A stretch of DNA of 64,000 bases. Source: an uncultured delta proteobacterium. Its GTDB lineage: Bacteria > Desulfobacterota > Desulfomonilia > UBA1062. Under the pieces are notes generated by a model that was not told the origin of the DNA, did no database searches, and saw only the letters and a list, made by a program, of their open reading frames with translations. The translations under genes were made by a program, and so were the position numbers. The stretch is taken from contig CAWCTR010000007.1 of NCBI GenBank assembly GCA_963798485.1, positions 448,001 to 512,000 of the forward strand, read 5' to 3'. The first letter of the stretch is position 1, and each line of letters opens with the position of its first letter. Of this stretch, positions 52,855 to 62,856 are shown piece after piece.

Positions 52855-53244
52855 ATGAAGAAGATTATTCTTATGAGCATGTTGATCCTTATGGCGGCCG
52901 GAGTTGCCTATGCAAAAGATTTCGAGATAACCAAAAAGGCCGGGCCGTATACGGTTGTTGTCACGATGGACAAGAACCCCCCGATCATGGGCGAGAACGG
53001 GATAACCATCACCATCAAGGATGCTGCCGGCAAGGCCGTCAAAGACGCAAAGGTGGCCGTTGATTACGAGATGCCCGCCATGCCCGGCATGCCTGCCATG
53101 TCCTACAAAGGCCAGCCGCAGCTTAAGGGGGACTCCTATGCGGGGACAGTCAATTTCTCCATGGGGGGTTCCTGGACCGTGAAGATCAAGATCACCCGTT
53201 CAGGCAAGACGGACAGCCTGAAGTTCACAGTTGACGTATCATAG
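52855..53244 (+). CDS. YtkA/FixH-like exported Met-motif protein
   Basis: Signal peptide; MPAMPGMPAM; SMGGSW. Confidence 0.8.
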   Translation: MKKIILMSMLILMAAGVAYAKDFEITKKAGPYTVVVTMDKNPPIMGENGITITIKDAAGKAVKDAKVAVDYEMPAMPGMPAMSYKGQPQLKGDSYAGTVNFSMGGSWTVKIKITRSGKTDSLKFTVDVS

Positions 53245-53252
53245 CAGGTAGA

Positions 53253-54524
53253 TTGTTGACCATGCCCGCAGCAGCAAGGTTATTGGGAGGTCTTGTCTGT
53301 ATCGTCCTTATGTACTCGGGCTGCGCCTTTGGGGGGGACCCTCCGGCACTGTTGGAAGACCTCATCACAAAGGCCCTGAATAACAGCCCGGAAATCAAGG
53401 CTGCCGAGGCCAAGGCAGCCGCCGCAGCCCAGAAGGCGCCCATGGAAGGGAGCCTCATGGACCCCATGCTCTCCGTCGGGTATCAGAACGAGGGATTCAA
53501 GCAATATACCTACGGCCAATCCGTTGATGCACAGTGGATGTTCTCCCTGGCCCAGACCTTCCCGTGGCCGGGCAAGCTCGCACTGCAGGAAGAGGCCGCC
53601 GTCCTGGAGGCAGAGGCCGAGAATGCCTCTGCCGATCAGGTGCGGCGCGAGGTCAGACTGAAGGTAACCCAGGCATACTATGACCTTGTCCTGATCACCA
53701 AGGAACTGGACCTGATCAGGACACGGATGCCGCTCATCGAGCAGATGGAGGACATCGCGCTCAAGCGTTATGCGGCAGGCACGCTCACCCAGGATGAGGC
53801 GCTCATGGCCCAGGCCGAAAAATATATGCTCATGGAGGCCGAAGAAATGACGCAGGGCAGGAGGGAATCCGCCGAAGCCATGATCAGGCAGGCCATGGGC
53901 AGTACGGATACCGCACCGCTCGGAAGGCCGGTGGAAACCTTGCCTACGGCCTTCGCGTACACGGCTGATGAGTTGATAGACCGGGCAAACCGGGAATCAC
54001 CCGAGATCCGCATGCGTGAAAAGCTTCTGCTCGCATCCGACCAGAGGGTTGAAAGGTCCAAGAAAGAAGCCTTGCCGGACGTCACGGTCATGGGGAAGTT
54101 TTCGAGCCGTGGAGGTGACCTGGGGAATATGGCCGAGCTCACCTTCAGCGTGCCGCTGCCCCTGTACTACAAGAACAGGCAGGGCGCAGGGATATCCGGG
54201 GCATCCTTCTTGAACGCAGGCGCCCGGAAAGATCTTGAGGCGTCCAGGTTCAAGGCCGCTTCCGAAATCAGGGACAACCTCGCCATGATTCATGCAGCAG
54301 ATCGCATCATGCAGCTCTACCGGAATGCCCTTCTCCCCAAGAGCAGGCAGGCCATCGACGCTGCACTGGCCTCCTTCTCATCGGGAAAACTGGAGGCATC
54401 CATGGCCCTGGCCAAGCTGAAGGCGCCGTTCGACTACGAGCTCACGGCCTGGCAGCAGCAGGTTTTGAGAGAGAAGGCCATAGCCCGGATCAAGGTTATG
54501 ACCGGTGATATGGAGGCCAAGTGA
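53253..54524 (+). CDS. TolC family outer membrane efflux protein (CusC-like)
   Basis: ALNNSPEI, QTFPWPGK, VPLPLY; first of a TolC-MFP-RND triad. Confidence 0.9.
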   Translation: MLTMPAAARLLGGLVCIVLMYSGCAFGGDPPALLEDLITKALNNSPEIKAAEAKAAAAAQKAPMEGSLMDPMLSVGYQNEGFKQYTYGQSVDAQWMFSLAQTFPWPGKLALQEEAAVLEAEAENASADQVRREVRLKVTQAYYDLVLITKELDLIRTRMPLIEQMEDIALKRYAAGTLTQDEALMAQAEKYMLMEAEEMTQGRRESAEAMIRQAMGSTDTAPLGRPVETLPTAFAYTADELIDRANRESPEIRMREKLLLASDQRVERSKKEALPDVTVMGKFSSRGGDLGNMAELTFSVPLPLYYKNRQGAGISGASFLNAGARKDLEASRFKAASEIRDNLAMIHAADRIMQLYRNALLPKSRQAIDAALASFSSGKLEASMALAKLKAPFDYELTAWQQQVLREKAIARIKVMTGDMEAK

Positions 54525-55702
54525 TGAAGATAAATCGCTCCTCCGTTGCAGGCATTCTTATCGTTATAGTGATTGCAGCGGCTGCCGGGTATGCGGTTTT
54601 GAAAAATGGCAGACATGCCCCGGGGAATATGCAGGGCCATGTGCACGGATCTGTCCCTGCGACAGCACAAGGCGCTGCAGCTTCCGACGCGGAGGCCCCG
54701 GCCGTGGAGATCCCCGAGGATGCCCAGAAGCTCATCGGCGTGAAGACGGCCTCGGCCCAAGTGGTGGACATGAACAAGACCATCCGTCTGACCGGCCGCA
54801 TCGACTACGACGAGAAACTGCTCTTCACGGTGAACGCCAAGGTTGAAGGGTATATCGAGCGGCTCTATGTGGATTATACCGGAAGGTTGGTAAAGAAGGG
54901 CGAGCCCCTTATAGAGATCTACAGCCCTGACCTGCTCGCGGCACAGCAGGAGCTCATCAGCCTGTCCCACTGGAAGAAGTCTGAAGGGGCCTCAGGGGTG
55001 GAGGGCATGCTCGACGCCGACTCGGAGAAACTGAAGAGCGCTGCCAGGCAGCGGCTGCGGCTCTGGGACATCTCGGATGCCCAGATCGAGAGGATCGTCA
55101 AGACAGGCAAATCCGAGAGGACCCTGACCATTGCAAGCCCGGCCTCCGGTTATGTGGTGAAGCGCTATGCCACAAGAGGCATGCGGGTCATGGCAGGCGA
55201 GCCCCTGTTCGACATCGCGGACCTCAGCAGGGTGTGGGTGGTCTCCCAGGTGAGCGAGGCCGACATGGCCATGGTGAAGCCCGGCTTGGAGACGAGCATC
55301 ACCGTGACAGGCCTGGCCGGAACGATAATGAAGGCCCGCATCGATTATGTCTACCCGGTGATCAATGAGCAGACACGGACCCTGGAAGTAAGGAGCTCGC
55401 TCGCGAATCCCAAAGAGATACTCAAGCCCCAGATGTTTGCCACGGTGGAGATCTCTGTGGGCCTCGGTAAAAGGCTTGCCGTGCCCGAGGATGCGGTCAT
55501 GGATACAGGTGAGCGCCAGGTCGTGTATATGGACAGGGGTGAAGGCATGTTCGAGCCCCGAGCGGTGACGAGTGGCGTCCGTGCTGGAGGCAGGCGGGAG
55601 ATCATATCGGGCTTGAAGGTCGGCGAGAAAGTGGCCGCCTCGGCCTTGTTCCTCATCGATTCCGAGGCCCAACTCAAGGGCGTGGCACCGGTGTCCAAGT
55701 AA
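54521..55702 (+). CDS. cusB: RND periplasmic adaptor (CusB-like)
   Basis: GYIERLYV, YSPDLLAAQQE, IADLSRVWV, LFLIDSE. Confidence 0.88.
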   Translation: MMKINRSSVAGILIVIVIAAAAGYAVLKNGRHAPGNMQGHVHGSVPATAQGAAASDAEAPAVEIPEDAQKLIGVKTASAQVVDMNKTIRLTGRIDYDEKLLFTVNAKVEGYIERLYVDYTGRLVKKGEPLIEIYSPDLLAAQQELISLSHWKKSEGASGVEGMLDADSEKLKSAARQRLRLWDISDAQIERIVKTGKSERTLTIASPASGYVVKRYATRGMRVMAGEPLFDIADLSRVWVVSQVSEADMAMVKPGLETSITVTGLAGTIMKARIDYVYPVINEQTRTLEVRSSLANPKEILKPQMFATVEISVGLGKRLAVPEDAVMDTGERQVVYMDRGEGMFEPRAVTSGVRAGGRREIISGLKVGEKVAASALFLIDSEAQLKGVAPVSK

Positions 55703-55743
55703 TACAATTGAGATACATATGGTGAACAGAACATGTGTACGGA

Positions 55744-55855
55744 CCCCTCACCCCAACCCTCTCCCCATAAACGAAATGGGGAGAGGGGGTTACAAAGAAG
55801 GAGTCTTGTGGTTCAAGTCCCCTCTCCCCTTGCGGGAGAGGGACCGGGAGAGGGG
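55744..55855. repeat. Inverted pair of BoxC-like palindromic repeats
   Basis: CCCCTCACCCCAACCCTCTCCCC...GGGGAGAGGG and CCCCTCTCCCCTTGCGGGAGAGGGACCGGGAGAGGGG. Confidence 0.75.
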
Positions 55856-55876
55856 ATTTCACCATGAGGCATATCC

Positions 55877-58800
55877 ATGATTGAAAAGATCATCGACTGG
55901 AGCGCGAGAAACAAGTTCCTCGTTATCCTGCTGGTCATGTGCGCACTCCTTTGGGGCGCCTGGGCCATCAAACATACCCCCCTTGACGCCATCCCGGACC
56001 TCAGCGATACCCAGGTGATCATCTACACCGAGTGGCCGGGACGCAGCCCAGACCTCGTGGAAGACCAGATCACCTATCCCATCTCGGCCACGCTGCTCGC
56101 GGCACCAAAAGTCCAGGCGGTGCGCGGGTTCTCCTTCCTCGGGTCATCGTTCATCTATGTGGTCTTTGACGAGGGTACGAACATCTACTGGGCCCGCAGC
56201 CGGATCATCGAGTACCTCCAGGCGGTCAAGAACAAGATACCCGAAGGCGTCAACCCGGTGCTGGGCCCCGATGCCACGAGCCTGGGCTGGGGTTTCACCT
56301 ATGCCCTGGTGGATGAGAAGGGCCGGCACAACCTCTCAGAGCTCCGCACCATCCAGGACTACACGGTCAAGCTCGCCTTGGAGAGCGTGCCGGGCGTGTC
56401 CCAGGTGGCCTCTGTGGGCGGGTTTGTGAAACAGTACCAGGTGAATGTCGACCCCATCCGGCTCAAGTCGTACAACATAGCACTCACCAAGGTTATGGAT
56501 GCCATAAGGAGGAGCAACCTGGACGTGGAGGGAAGGGTGCTCGAGCTCTCGGGCGCCGAATACATGATCCGCGGTCGGGGCTACCTCAAGGGTATCGCGG
56601 ACCTTGAGAACGTACCCGTGGGCGTGGATACGCTCGGAACACCGGTCCTTCTCAAGAACATAGCCTCGGTTCAGCTCGGCCCGGAGATCAGGCGCGGCCT
56701 CGTTGACCTCAACGGCAAGGGCGAGGTGGCAGGCGGCATTGTGGTCGTGCGCTTCGGTGTCAATGTGCTCGACGTCATCGAGCGGGTCAAAGACAAGATC
56801 GCGAAAGACATCGCCCCATCGCTTCCCCCAGGCGTAAAGCTCGTGGTCACCTATGACCGCTCCGACCTTATCTACCGGAGCATCGACACCTTGAAGGGCG
56901 AGATCATCAAGTTGGCGCTTGCCGTAAGCGTGGTCTGTCTCGTGTTCCTCTTCCATTTGCCCAGCGCCCTGGTGGTGATCCTCACCCTGCCCTTCGCCAT
57001 CATCATGTCCTTCATCTGCATGTATTACCTGGGCATAACCTCGAACATCATGAGTTTAAGCGGCATTGCCATAGCAATCGGCGCCATGGTGGATGCCGCC
57101 ATCATCATGGTGGAGAATGCCCACAAGCGGCTCGAAGAGTGGGATACCTCGGGCAGGCAGCGAGCGCGCCTCGATGTAATCGTTGATGCCGCCAAAGAGG
57201 TCGGGCCATCGCTCTTCTTCTCGCTGCTCGTCATAACGGTGGGCTTCCTGCCGGTCTTCACCCTGCAGGAGCAGGCGGGAAGGCTCTTCAAGCCCCTTGC
57301 TTTCACCAAGACCTTTGCCATGCTCTTCTCCTCGCTGCTGGCCATAACTCTCACCCCCATGCTCATGACCCTGTTCATCCGCGGCAAGATCTCCCATGAG
57401 GACCATAATCCCATAAGCCGCTTTTTACGCTGGGTCTACGGGCCTCTGGCAGGGTTTGCCCTGAGGTTTCCGTCAGGGGTTATCATCGCTGCGCTGATCA
57501 TCATGGCCATAACGGTTTACCCCATCATGAAGCTCGGCAAGGAGTTCATGCCGCCCTTGAACGAGGGCACGCTCTTCTACATGCCCGTAACCGTGCCGGC
57601 GCTATCCATATCAGAGGCCAAGAGGCTCCTTATTATCCAGGACACCCTCATCAAGCAGGTGCCGGAGGTTCAAAGCGTCTTCGGAAAGGCGGGCAGGGCC
57701 GAGACGCCGACCGACCCGGCGCCGCCCGAGATGTTCGAGACCGTTATCAACCTCAAGCCCGAGGACCAGTGGCGGCCGGGCATGACCATTGAGAAGATCA
57801 AGGACGAGCTTAATGACAAGCTCACCATCCCGGGCGTTGCCAACTCCTTCACCATGCCCATCAAGGCGCGCATCGACATGCTCTCTACCGGCATCAGGAC
57901 ACCCGTTGGCATCAAGGTTTTGGGCAGCGACCTTTCTCAGATCGAGCGGATCGGCAAAGACCTGGAGAAGGCCTTGCGCGATGTGCCCGGTACCAGAAGC
58001 GTCTATGCCGAGCGGGCCACCACCGGGTATTTCCTGGACATCACCATCAAACGCGAGGCTGCGGCGCGCTACGGCCTGGGCGTCCAGGACGTTCAGGATG
58101 CGGTGGAATCATCCATCGGGGGCATGAACCTCACGACGACCGTGGAGGGCAGGCAGCGCTACCCGGTGAACCTGCGCTATGCCCGTGAGCTGAGGAACGA
58201 CATCGATAAGCTCAAGGACGTCCTCGTGCCGGTCATGGCAAGCCCTGCCCCCGGGGGTACGGCCATGGGGGCGGCTACCGGGCCGACAGGCGCCATTGCT
58301 TGGATACCCCTGTCCGAGCTGGCGGATGTGCGCGTCGTGCGCGGTCCCACCATGGTAAAGAGCGAGCAGGGCCTGCTTGCCGCCTATGTATACATCGACT
58401 TCTCCGGACGTGACGTGGGCGGCTATGTCTTAGAGGCCAAGCAAAAGGCCGCCACGGTGAAGGTGCCGCCCGGCTACCGGCTGGAATGGAGCGGCGAGTA
58501 CGAATACCTCCTCAAGACCCACGAGAGCCTCAAGCTCGTCATCCCGCTGACCCTGTTCATCATCTTCGTGCTCATCTACCTCAACACCAAATCCATAGCC
58601 AAGACGGTCATTGTGCTGCTGGCCGTGCCGTTTTCGCTGGTGGGGTCCTTCTGGCTGCTCTATCTGCTGGGTTACAACCTGAGCATAGCCGTATGGGTCG
58701 GCATCATTGCCCTGGCAGGCCTGGACGCCGAGACCGGTGTGGTCATGCTCCTTTACCTGGACCTGGCCTATGAAAAATGGAAGTTCGAAGGCAGGCTCAC

Positions 58801-59044
58801 AGGCCTGGCCGATCTGAAGGGGGCGGTCATGGACGGCGCGGTCAAGCGCATCAGGCCCAAGATCATGACCGTAAGCGTCATCCTGGCTGGATTGGTGCCC
58901 ATCATGTTCAGCTCAGGCACCGGTGCCGACATCATGAAGCGCATCGCCGCACCCATGGTGGGAGGCGTCCTCACTTCCACCATCCTCGAGCTGCTCATCT
59001 ACCCGAGCATCTACTATTTGTGGAAAGGCAGGAGATTGAATTAG
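55877..59044 (+). CDS. cusA: CusA-type heavy metal RND transporter
   Basis: DAIPDLSDTQV, GAMVDAAIIMVEN, EFMPPLNEG, MPIKARIDM, RIRPKIMT. Confidence 0.95.
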   Translation: MIEKIIDWSARNKFLVILLVMCALLWGAWAIKHTPLDAIPDLSDTQVIIYTEWPGRSPDLVEDQITYPISATLLAAPKVQAVRGFSFLGSSFIYVVFDEGTNIYWARSRIIEYLQAVKNKIPEGVNPVLGPDATSLGWGFTYALVDEKGRHNLSELRTIQDYTVKLALESVPGVSQVASVGGFVKQYQVNVDPIRLKSYNIALTKVMDAIRRSNLDVEGRVLELSGAEYMIRGRGYLKGIADLENVPVGVDTLGTPVLLKNIASVQLGPEIRRGLVDLNGKGEVAGGIVVVRFGVNVLDVIERVKDKIAKDIAPSLPPGVKLVVTYDRSDLIYRSIDTLKGEIIKLALAVSVVCLVFLFHLPSALVVILTLPFAIIMSFICMYYLGITSNIMSLSGIAIAIGAMVDAAIIMVENAHKRLEEWDTSGRQRARLDVIVDAAKEVGPSLFFSLLVITVGFLPVFTLQEQAGRLFKPLAFTKTFAMLFSSLLAITLTPMLMTLFIRGKISHEDHNPISRFLRWVYGPLAGFALRFPSGVIIAALIIMAITVYPIMKLGKEFMPPLNEGTLFYMPVTVPALSISEAKRLLIIQDTLIKQVPEVQSVFGKAGRAETPTDPAPPEMFETVINLKPEDQWRPGMTIEKIKDELNDKLTIPGVANSFTMPIKARIDMLSTGIRTPVGIKVLGSDLSQIERIGKDLEKALRDVPGTRSVYAERATTGYFLDITIKREAAARYGLGVQDVQDAVESSIGGMNLTTTVEGRQRYPVNLRYARELRNDIDKLKDVLVPVMASPAPGGTAMGAATGPTGAIAWIPLSELADVRVVRGPTMVKSEQGLLAAYVYIDFSGRDVGGYVLEAKQKAATVKVPPGYRLEWSGEYEYLLKTHESLKLVIPLTLFIIFVLIYLNTKSIAKTVIVLLAVPFSLVGSFWLLYLLGYNLSIAVWVGIIALAGLDAETGVVMLLYLDLAYEKWKFEGRLTGLADLKGAVMDGAVKRIRPKIMTVSVILAGLVPIMFSSGTGADIMKRIAAPMVGGVLTSTILELLIYPSIYYLWKGRRLN

Positions 59045-59215
59045 GGCTCATCCGGATCAAGAATACTTTTGAAGTTGAAAGAGTGTGATGAGGTTCAGAC
59101 GCTGTTCTTCCATGCAACATGAGAATCATTTAATCTTCTTCTAATCATCATTTAATCATCCTTTACGTATAGAGAGAGAGTAGCATCAATAAAAAAATCT
59201 TAGGAGGGATGTACC

Positions 59216-59632
59216 ATGAAGAAAGTTATTAGCATGATCGCAGTATTGGCACTGGTATGCTTCACCACTATGGTTTTTGCAGCCGATGCAACAATGCCGA
59301 CAGCAGCCGCAGCCGCAGCCGCAGCAAAGAATACTACGAAGGCTGAGGCAGTGAAGGCTGTAAATGGTGAGACCGTTGTTGGCGCTATCACGAAGATAGA
59401 CACAGCAGCAAAAACGATCGTTGTACAGGGTAAGACCATCAACGTGAAGGCAGAAGACCTTGCTACCTTGAAGAAGGGCGATAAGGTGAAGGTTACCTTG
59501 GCAGCAGGAACCATGAACGCAGAGAAGATAGTAGCCCTAGGGAAAAAGGCAGTAAAGAAAGAAGTAAAGAAGGCTGAAGAGAAGGCGACCCAGAAGGCTA
59601 CTGAGAAGGCAGTTGAGAAAATGGGTCAATAA
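59216..59632 (+). CDS. Exported Ala/Lys-rich small beta-barrel-like protein
   Basis: Signal peptide; GAITKID...LKKGDKVKV; RBS GGAGG. Confidence 0.75.
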   Translation: MKKVISMIAVLALVCFTTMVFAADATMPTAAAAAAAAKNTTKAEAVKAVNGETVVGAITKIDTAAKTIVVQGKTINVKAEDLATLKKGDKVKVTLAAGTMNAEKIVALGKKAVKKEVKKAEEKATQKATEKAVEKMGQ

Positions 59633-59680
59633 GACTTAACAATCAGCAACTAAGAGGTATAAGAAAGGGGAGGTCACAAA

Positions 59681-60259
59681 ATGAAAAAGTTACTTCTTGG
59701 AACAATACTTTTAGCGTTGGTGCTGGTATTTCCTATTCCAACGATGGCAAAGGTAGATGTAGGCATCAACATTTCTCTGCCTCCACTCATTCAATTTTCC
59801 GCGCCTCCATCTATGGTAGTGATACCTGAGAGTGATGTCTATGTTGCCCCGGACGTAAGTGTGGACATCTTTTTCTACCATGGTTGGTGGTGGCGTCCGT
59901 GGGGAGGGCGCTGGTATTGCTCCCGGAACTACGACTCAGGTTGGGTCTACCATCAAAGGGTCCCGGCCTTTTATGGAAGGGTGCCGTCAGGGTGGAGGAA
60001 CGACTACAGGAATCATCGTTGGCAAGGACATCCATGGAACTACCAGCGAATACCCAACCAACAAGTTCAACGGAACTGGAGCAATTGGGAAAAGAGCGGG
60101 CATTGGGAGAAACAAAATACGTGGGGTGTCCAGGGTTTGAGACCCAGAAACCAATCACAAGCCGGAAGGGTCCAAAAACAGCACTCACAGCCGCAGCACA
60201 GGGAGGCGCAACAACAATCTGAACGTCGAAATGGAAGACCTGAAAGAAGGGGGGAATAA
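59681..60259 (+). CDS. Exported hypothetical protein with Trp/Arg-rich segments
   Basis: Signal peptide; VDVGINI, FFYHGWWWR; RBS GGAGG. Confidence 0.75.
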   Translation: MKKLLLGTILLALVLVFPIPTMAKVDVGINISLPPLIQFSAPPSMVVIPESDVYVAPDVSVDIFFYHGWWWRPWGGRWYCSRNYDSGWVYHQRVPAFYGRVPSGWRNDYRNHRWQGHPWNYQRIPNQQVQRNWSNWEKSGHWEKQNTWGVQGLRPRNQSQAGRVQKQHSQPQHREAQQQSERRNGRPERRGE

Positions 60260-60313
60260 AAGCAGGATAGACAGGTTTATTCTCCTGAAGCGGGCATTTT
60301 TGAAGGCTTTGCC

Positions 60314-61915
60314 TCAGGCCTCAGGGTGAATGGATGGTTGTAAGGGTTTTTTGTGCAGTGGCGTGATGGGGCTGATCGGGCCGGCTGGTATCCCTGTCTT
60401 GTCTGCGAAATCCACTACTGTATGATCATGCTGGGCCTGAAGGCTGTATGCGAAATCATTGTATGCCATTAAGGTGAGGATGGTGGATATCCTCACCCTT
60501 TTGCTGAACACCTTGGGCAATATCTTCATGATGAACCTTGAGCGGTCTGTATTGCGTGAGATAAGCAGGGTGGTCAGCCGCAGCGCGAAGATAAGACGGT
60601 AGGAGAACTTCACTGGGTCGAGTTCGTTGGAGCGTTTCCAGAAGTCGATCTCCCAGTAGTAGTTCAGCTTGTTCCAGATGGAGTCAAATGAATACACCGC
60701 CTGCAGAATCCGCCTGTATCCATCCGAGATCCGGCCGGCAGAGAGACTGGGGTGCTTAAAGACAACGTGCTTGGTGTCGTACCTGCTCCAGTCCTTGTGG
60801 AGGATCCTCCCCTCCTTTTCGAGGCGTTTGAACAGCTCGGTCCCGGGGAAGGGCGTGAGGACATTGATGAGCGGCATGAGGAGCTTGGTCTCTTGTATGA
60901 ATTCGATAAGTTCGCCAAAGGATGTCTCTGAATCAAAATCATTGCCCACGATGAACGAACTGTGGACCAGAATACCGTATGACTGTATTTTCTTGATGGA
61001 TTCCACATAGTCGTAGCGTTGGTTGATCTCCTTGTGCATGGCGGCAAGGTTTTTACCGGATATAGACTCGAAACCGATGAATACGGCCCCGCATCCGCTT
61101 TCCCTCATGAGCTGAAGGAGATCATCCTCCTGAGAGATGTTGATGGAGGCCTGGCACATCCAGTTGATGTCATGAGGTTTGAGGGCTTCAAACAGCTCTT
61201 GTGCAAACTTCTTGTTGGCAATGATGTTGTCATCGGCAAAGAAGATGGCGTTCTTTTTTTTATACCTGGAGAGATTACCCTTGATGTCCCGGATCTCGGC
61301 GATGACCTGCTCGATGGTCTTGCTCCTGATCTTCTGCCCGTCAAAGGCATACACCGAGCAGAATTCGCAGTGGAAGGGGCAGCCCTTTGTGGTCTGAACG
61401 ATATCCTGCAGATAATCTTCTCTTGAAAGAGCTGATCTGGATGTAGAGGGAGCGGATTGCAGGTCGGTAAACATTTCCGGCTTGTAGATCCTTTTCAGCT
61501 TACCCTCTTCAGCGTCCTTCAGGAGTGTAGCCCAGACATTCTCCGCCTCTCCGATCACTACGCAGTCGCAATATTGCCGGGCCTCATCAGGGCACATGGA
61601 TGGATGAATACCGCCTAAAACCATCCTGACTCCTTTCCCCCGGAACCTTTCGGATATGGCATACGCCCTTTTGGCAAACATGGTCCTGACGCTGATCCCC
61701 ACAAGGTCAGCCGGCCATTCATAATCGATCTCCTCGATGTTTTCATCGAACACCCTGATCTCATGGTGCGCCGCGGTCAATGATGCCAGGGTGGGGATTG
61801 CCAGGAGGTATGAGATGTATTTATTGGAAAGAAGAAAATCCGCATAGAACTTGTAGTCATAAAAGCTTCTTGATCCGTCTAAGCTGTTCTTGGGTATGAT
61901 AAGGGCGATCTTCAT
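60314..61915 (-). CDS. B12-binding domain radical SAM protein
   Basis: VLGGIHPS, GEAE, KGCPFHCEFC, FADDN, GFES, TPFPGT. Confidence 0.92.
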   Translation of the reverse strand: MKIALIIPKNSLDGSRSFYDYKFYADFLLSNKYISYLLAIPTLASLTAAHHEIRVFDENIEEIDYEWPADLVGISVRTMFAKRAYAISERFRGKGVRMVLGGIHPSMCPDEARQYCDCVVIGEAENVWATLLKDAEEGKLKRIYKPEMFTDLQSAPSTSRSALSREDYLQDIVQTTKGCPFHCEFCSVYAFDGQKIRSKTIEQVIAEIRDIKGNLSRYKKKNAIFFADDNIIANKKFAQELFEALKPHDINWMCQASINISQEDDLLQLMRESGCGAVFIGFESISGKNLAAMHKEINQRYDYVESIKKIQSYGILVHSSFIVGNDFDSETSFGELIEFIQETKLLMPLINVLTPFPGTELFKRLEKEGRILHKDWSRYDTKHVVFKHPSLSAGRISDGYRRILQAVYSFDSIWNKLNYYWEIDFWKRSNELDPVKFSYRLIFALRLTTLLISRNTDRSRFIMKILPKVFSKRVRISTILTLMAYNDFAYSLQAQHDHTVVDFADKTGIPAGPISPITPLHKKPLQPSIHPEA

Positions 61916-62228
61916 TATGGTCGTTTCCCTTCAATAGTATTCCGTGGAGATGATATGTTGGGATTGGCGGAACTTTTCCCGATAACAAGCGATAACAAGT
62001 GTCATGTCTCCTTACAGGCATATAATTAAAATTCCAATTCAAGACCCCGGAACCACCTAAGATTGTTACATAATGACAGTTGCAGGCAATACCTGGTCTT
62101 TGGTGTGTAAATAAGCCTCTTTCCTGAAAAATGCAATCAACATATATTCGCAAGAAGATATTTTACCGAAATTTTACATGAACATGGGCAAAAAGCATTT
62201 TAGGACCTTTTTTATTCTGCCACGGTAA

Positions 62229-62852
62229 TTACTGATGGGACGTGCCCTGTGTAATGGAGGTCAGAGAACCGGCAATCTCCCGGCTGAAGGAATCGAGAAC
62301 GCGGTTATAGGCATAGACAAGGGCATTGTAATCATGTGAGAGCACAGGTTCTCTGTACTTGGAAACCTTGGCGATAAGCACCCTTTGACTCTGTTCATCA
62401 ATAATGGACCATTGAACATTGAGCAAGGCCTGACCCCCAAGTGTTCCATCAAGGCGAATCACGTCTGCGGACAGTCTATATACGATCTGTTTCGTCCCTG
62501 CCTTTGGCATGATCACGATGTCGGAGCATGGCACTGAGTTCAGGTTATGTGCGATCACGCGGGTGAGCATATCTTTTAATGGTTCAGCCCAGACATTGAG
62601 CTCTGAAAGCTTGAACTCGTTTTCATTAACCTTTGTCATGATCTGCGGCCGGTCAAGGTAGCGGGGCAGATTGATCGGGTTGATCCCCAGGGTGAAGATC
62701 CTGTCATGTTGACAGGATTGGGGAGATTCCTTCAGGGGATGTTCAAGGGCATTCAGGACAAAGAACCTTGTGGGTTGTGAAGCTGCGCACCCTGTCAGCA
62801 TAATGGTGCTCATGCAGAAAAGGATAGAGATCAGCAAGCCTCGCATTGTCAT
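62229..62852 (-). CDS. PqiC-like lipoprotein (ABC_trans_aux)
   Basis: Lipobox LTGC; YLDRPQI; WAEPL. Confidence 0.88.
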   Translation of the reverse strand: MTMRGLLISILFCMSTIMLTGCAASQPTRFFVLNALEHPLKESPQSCQHDRIFTLGINPINLPRYLDRPQIMTKVNENEFKLSELNVWAEPLKDMLTRVIAHNLNSVPCSDIVIMPKAGTKQIVYRLSADVIRLDGTLGGQALLNVQWSIIDEQSQRVLIAKVSKYREPVLSHDYNALVYAYNRVLDSFSREIAGSLTSITQGTSHQ

Positions 62853-62856
62853 GATT

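Noticed and set aside
59300-59326. GCAGCC tandem repeat as a possible phase-variable tract or CRISPR-like array
   Set aside because: In-frame poly-Ala linker; no repeat-spacer array or cas gene seen in the window
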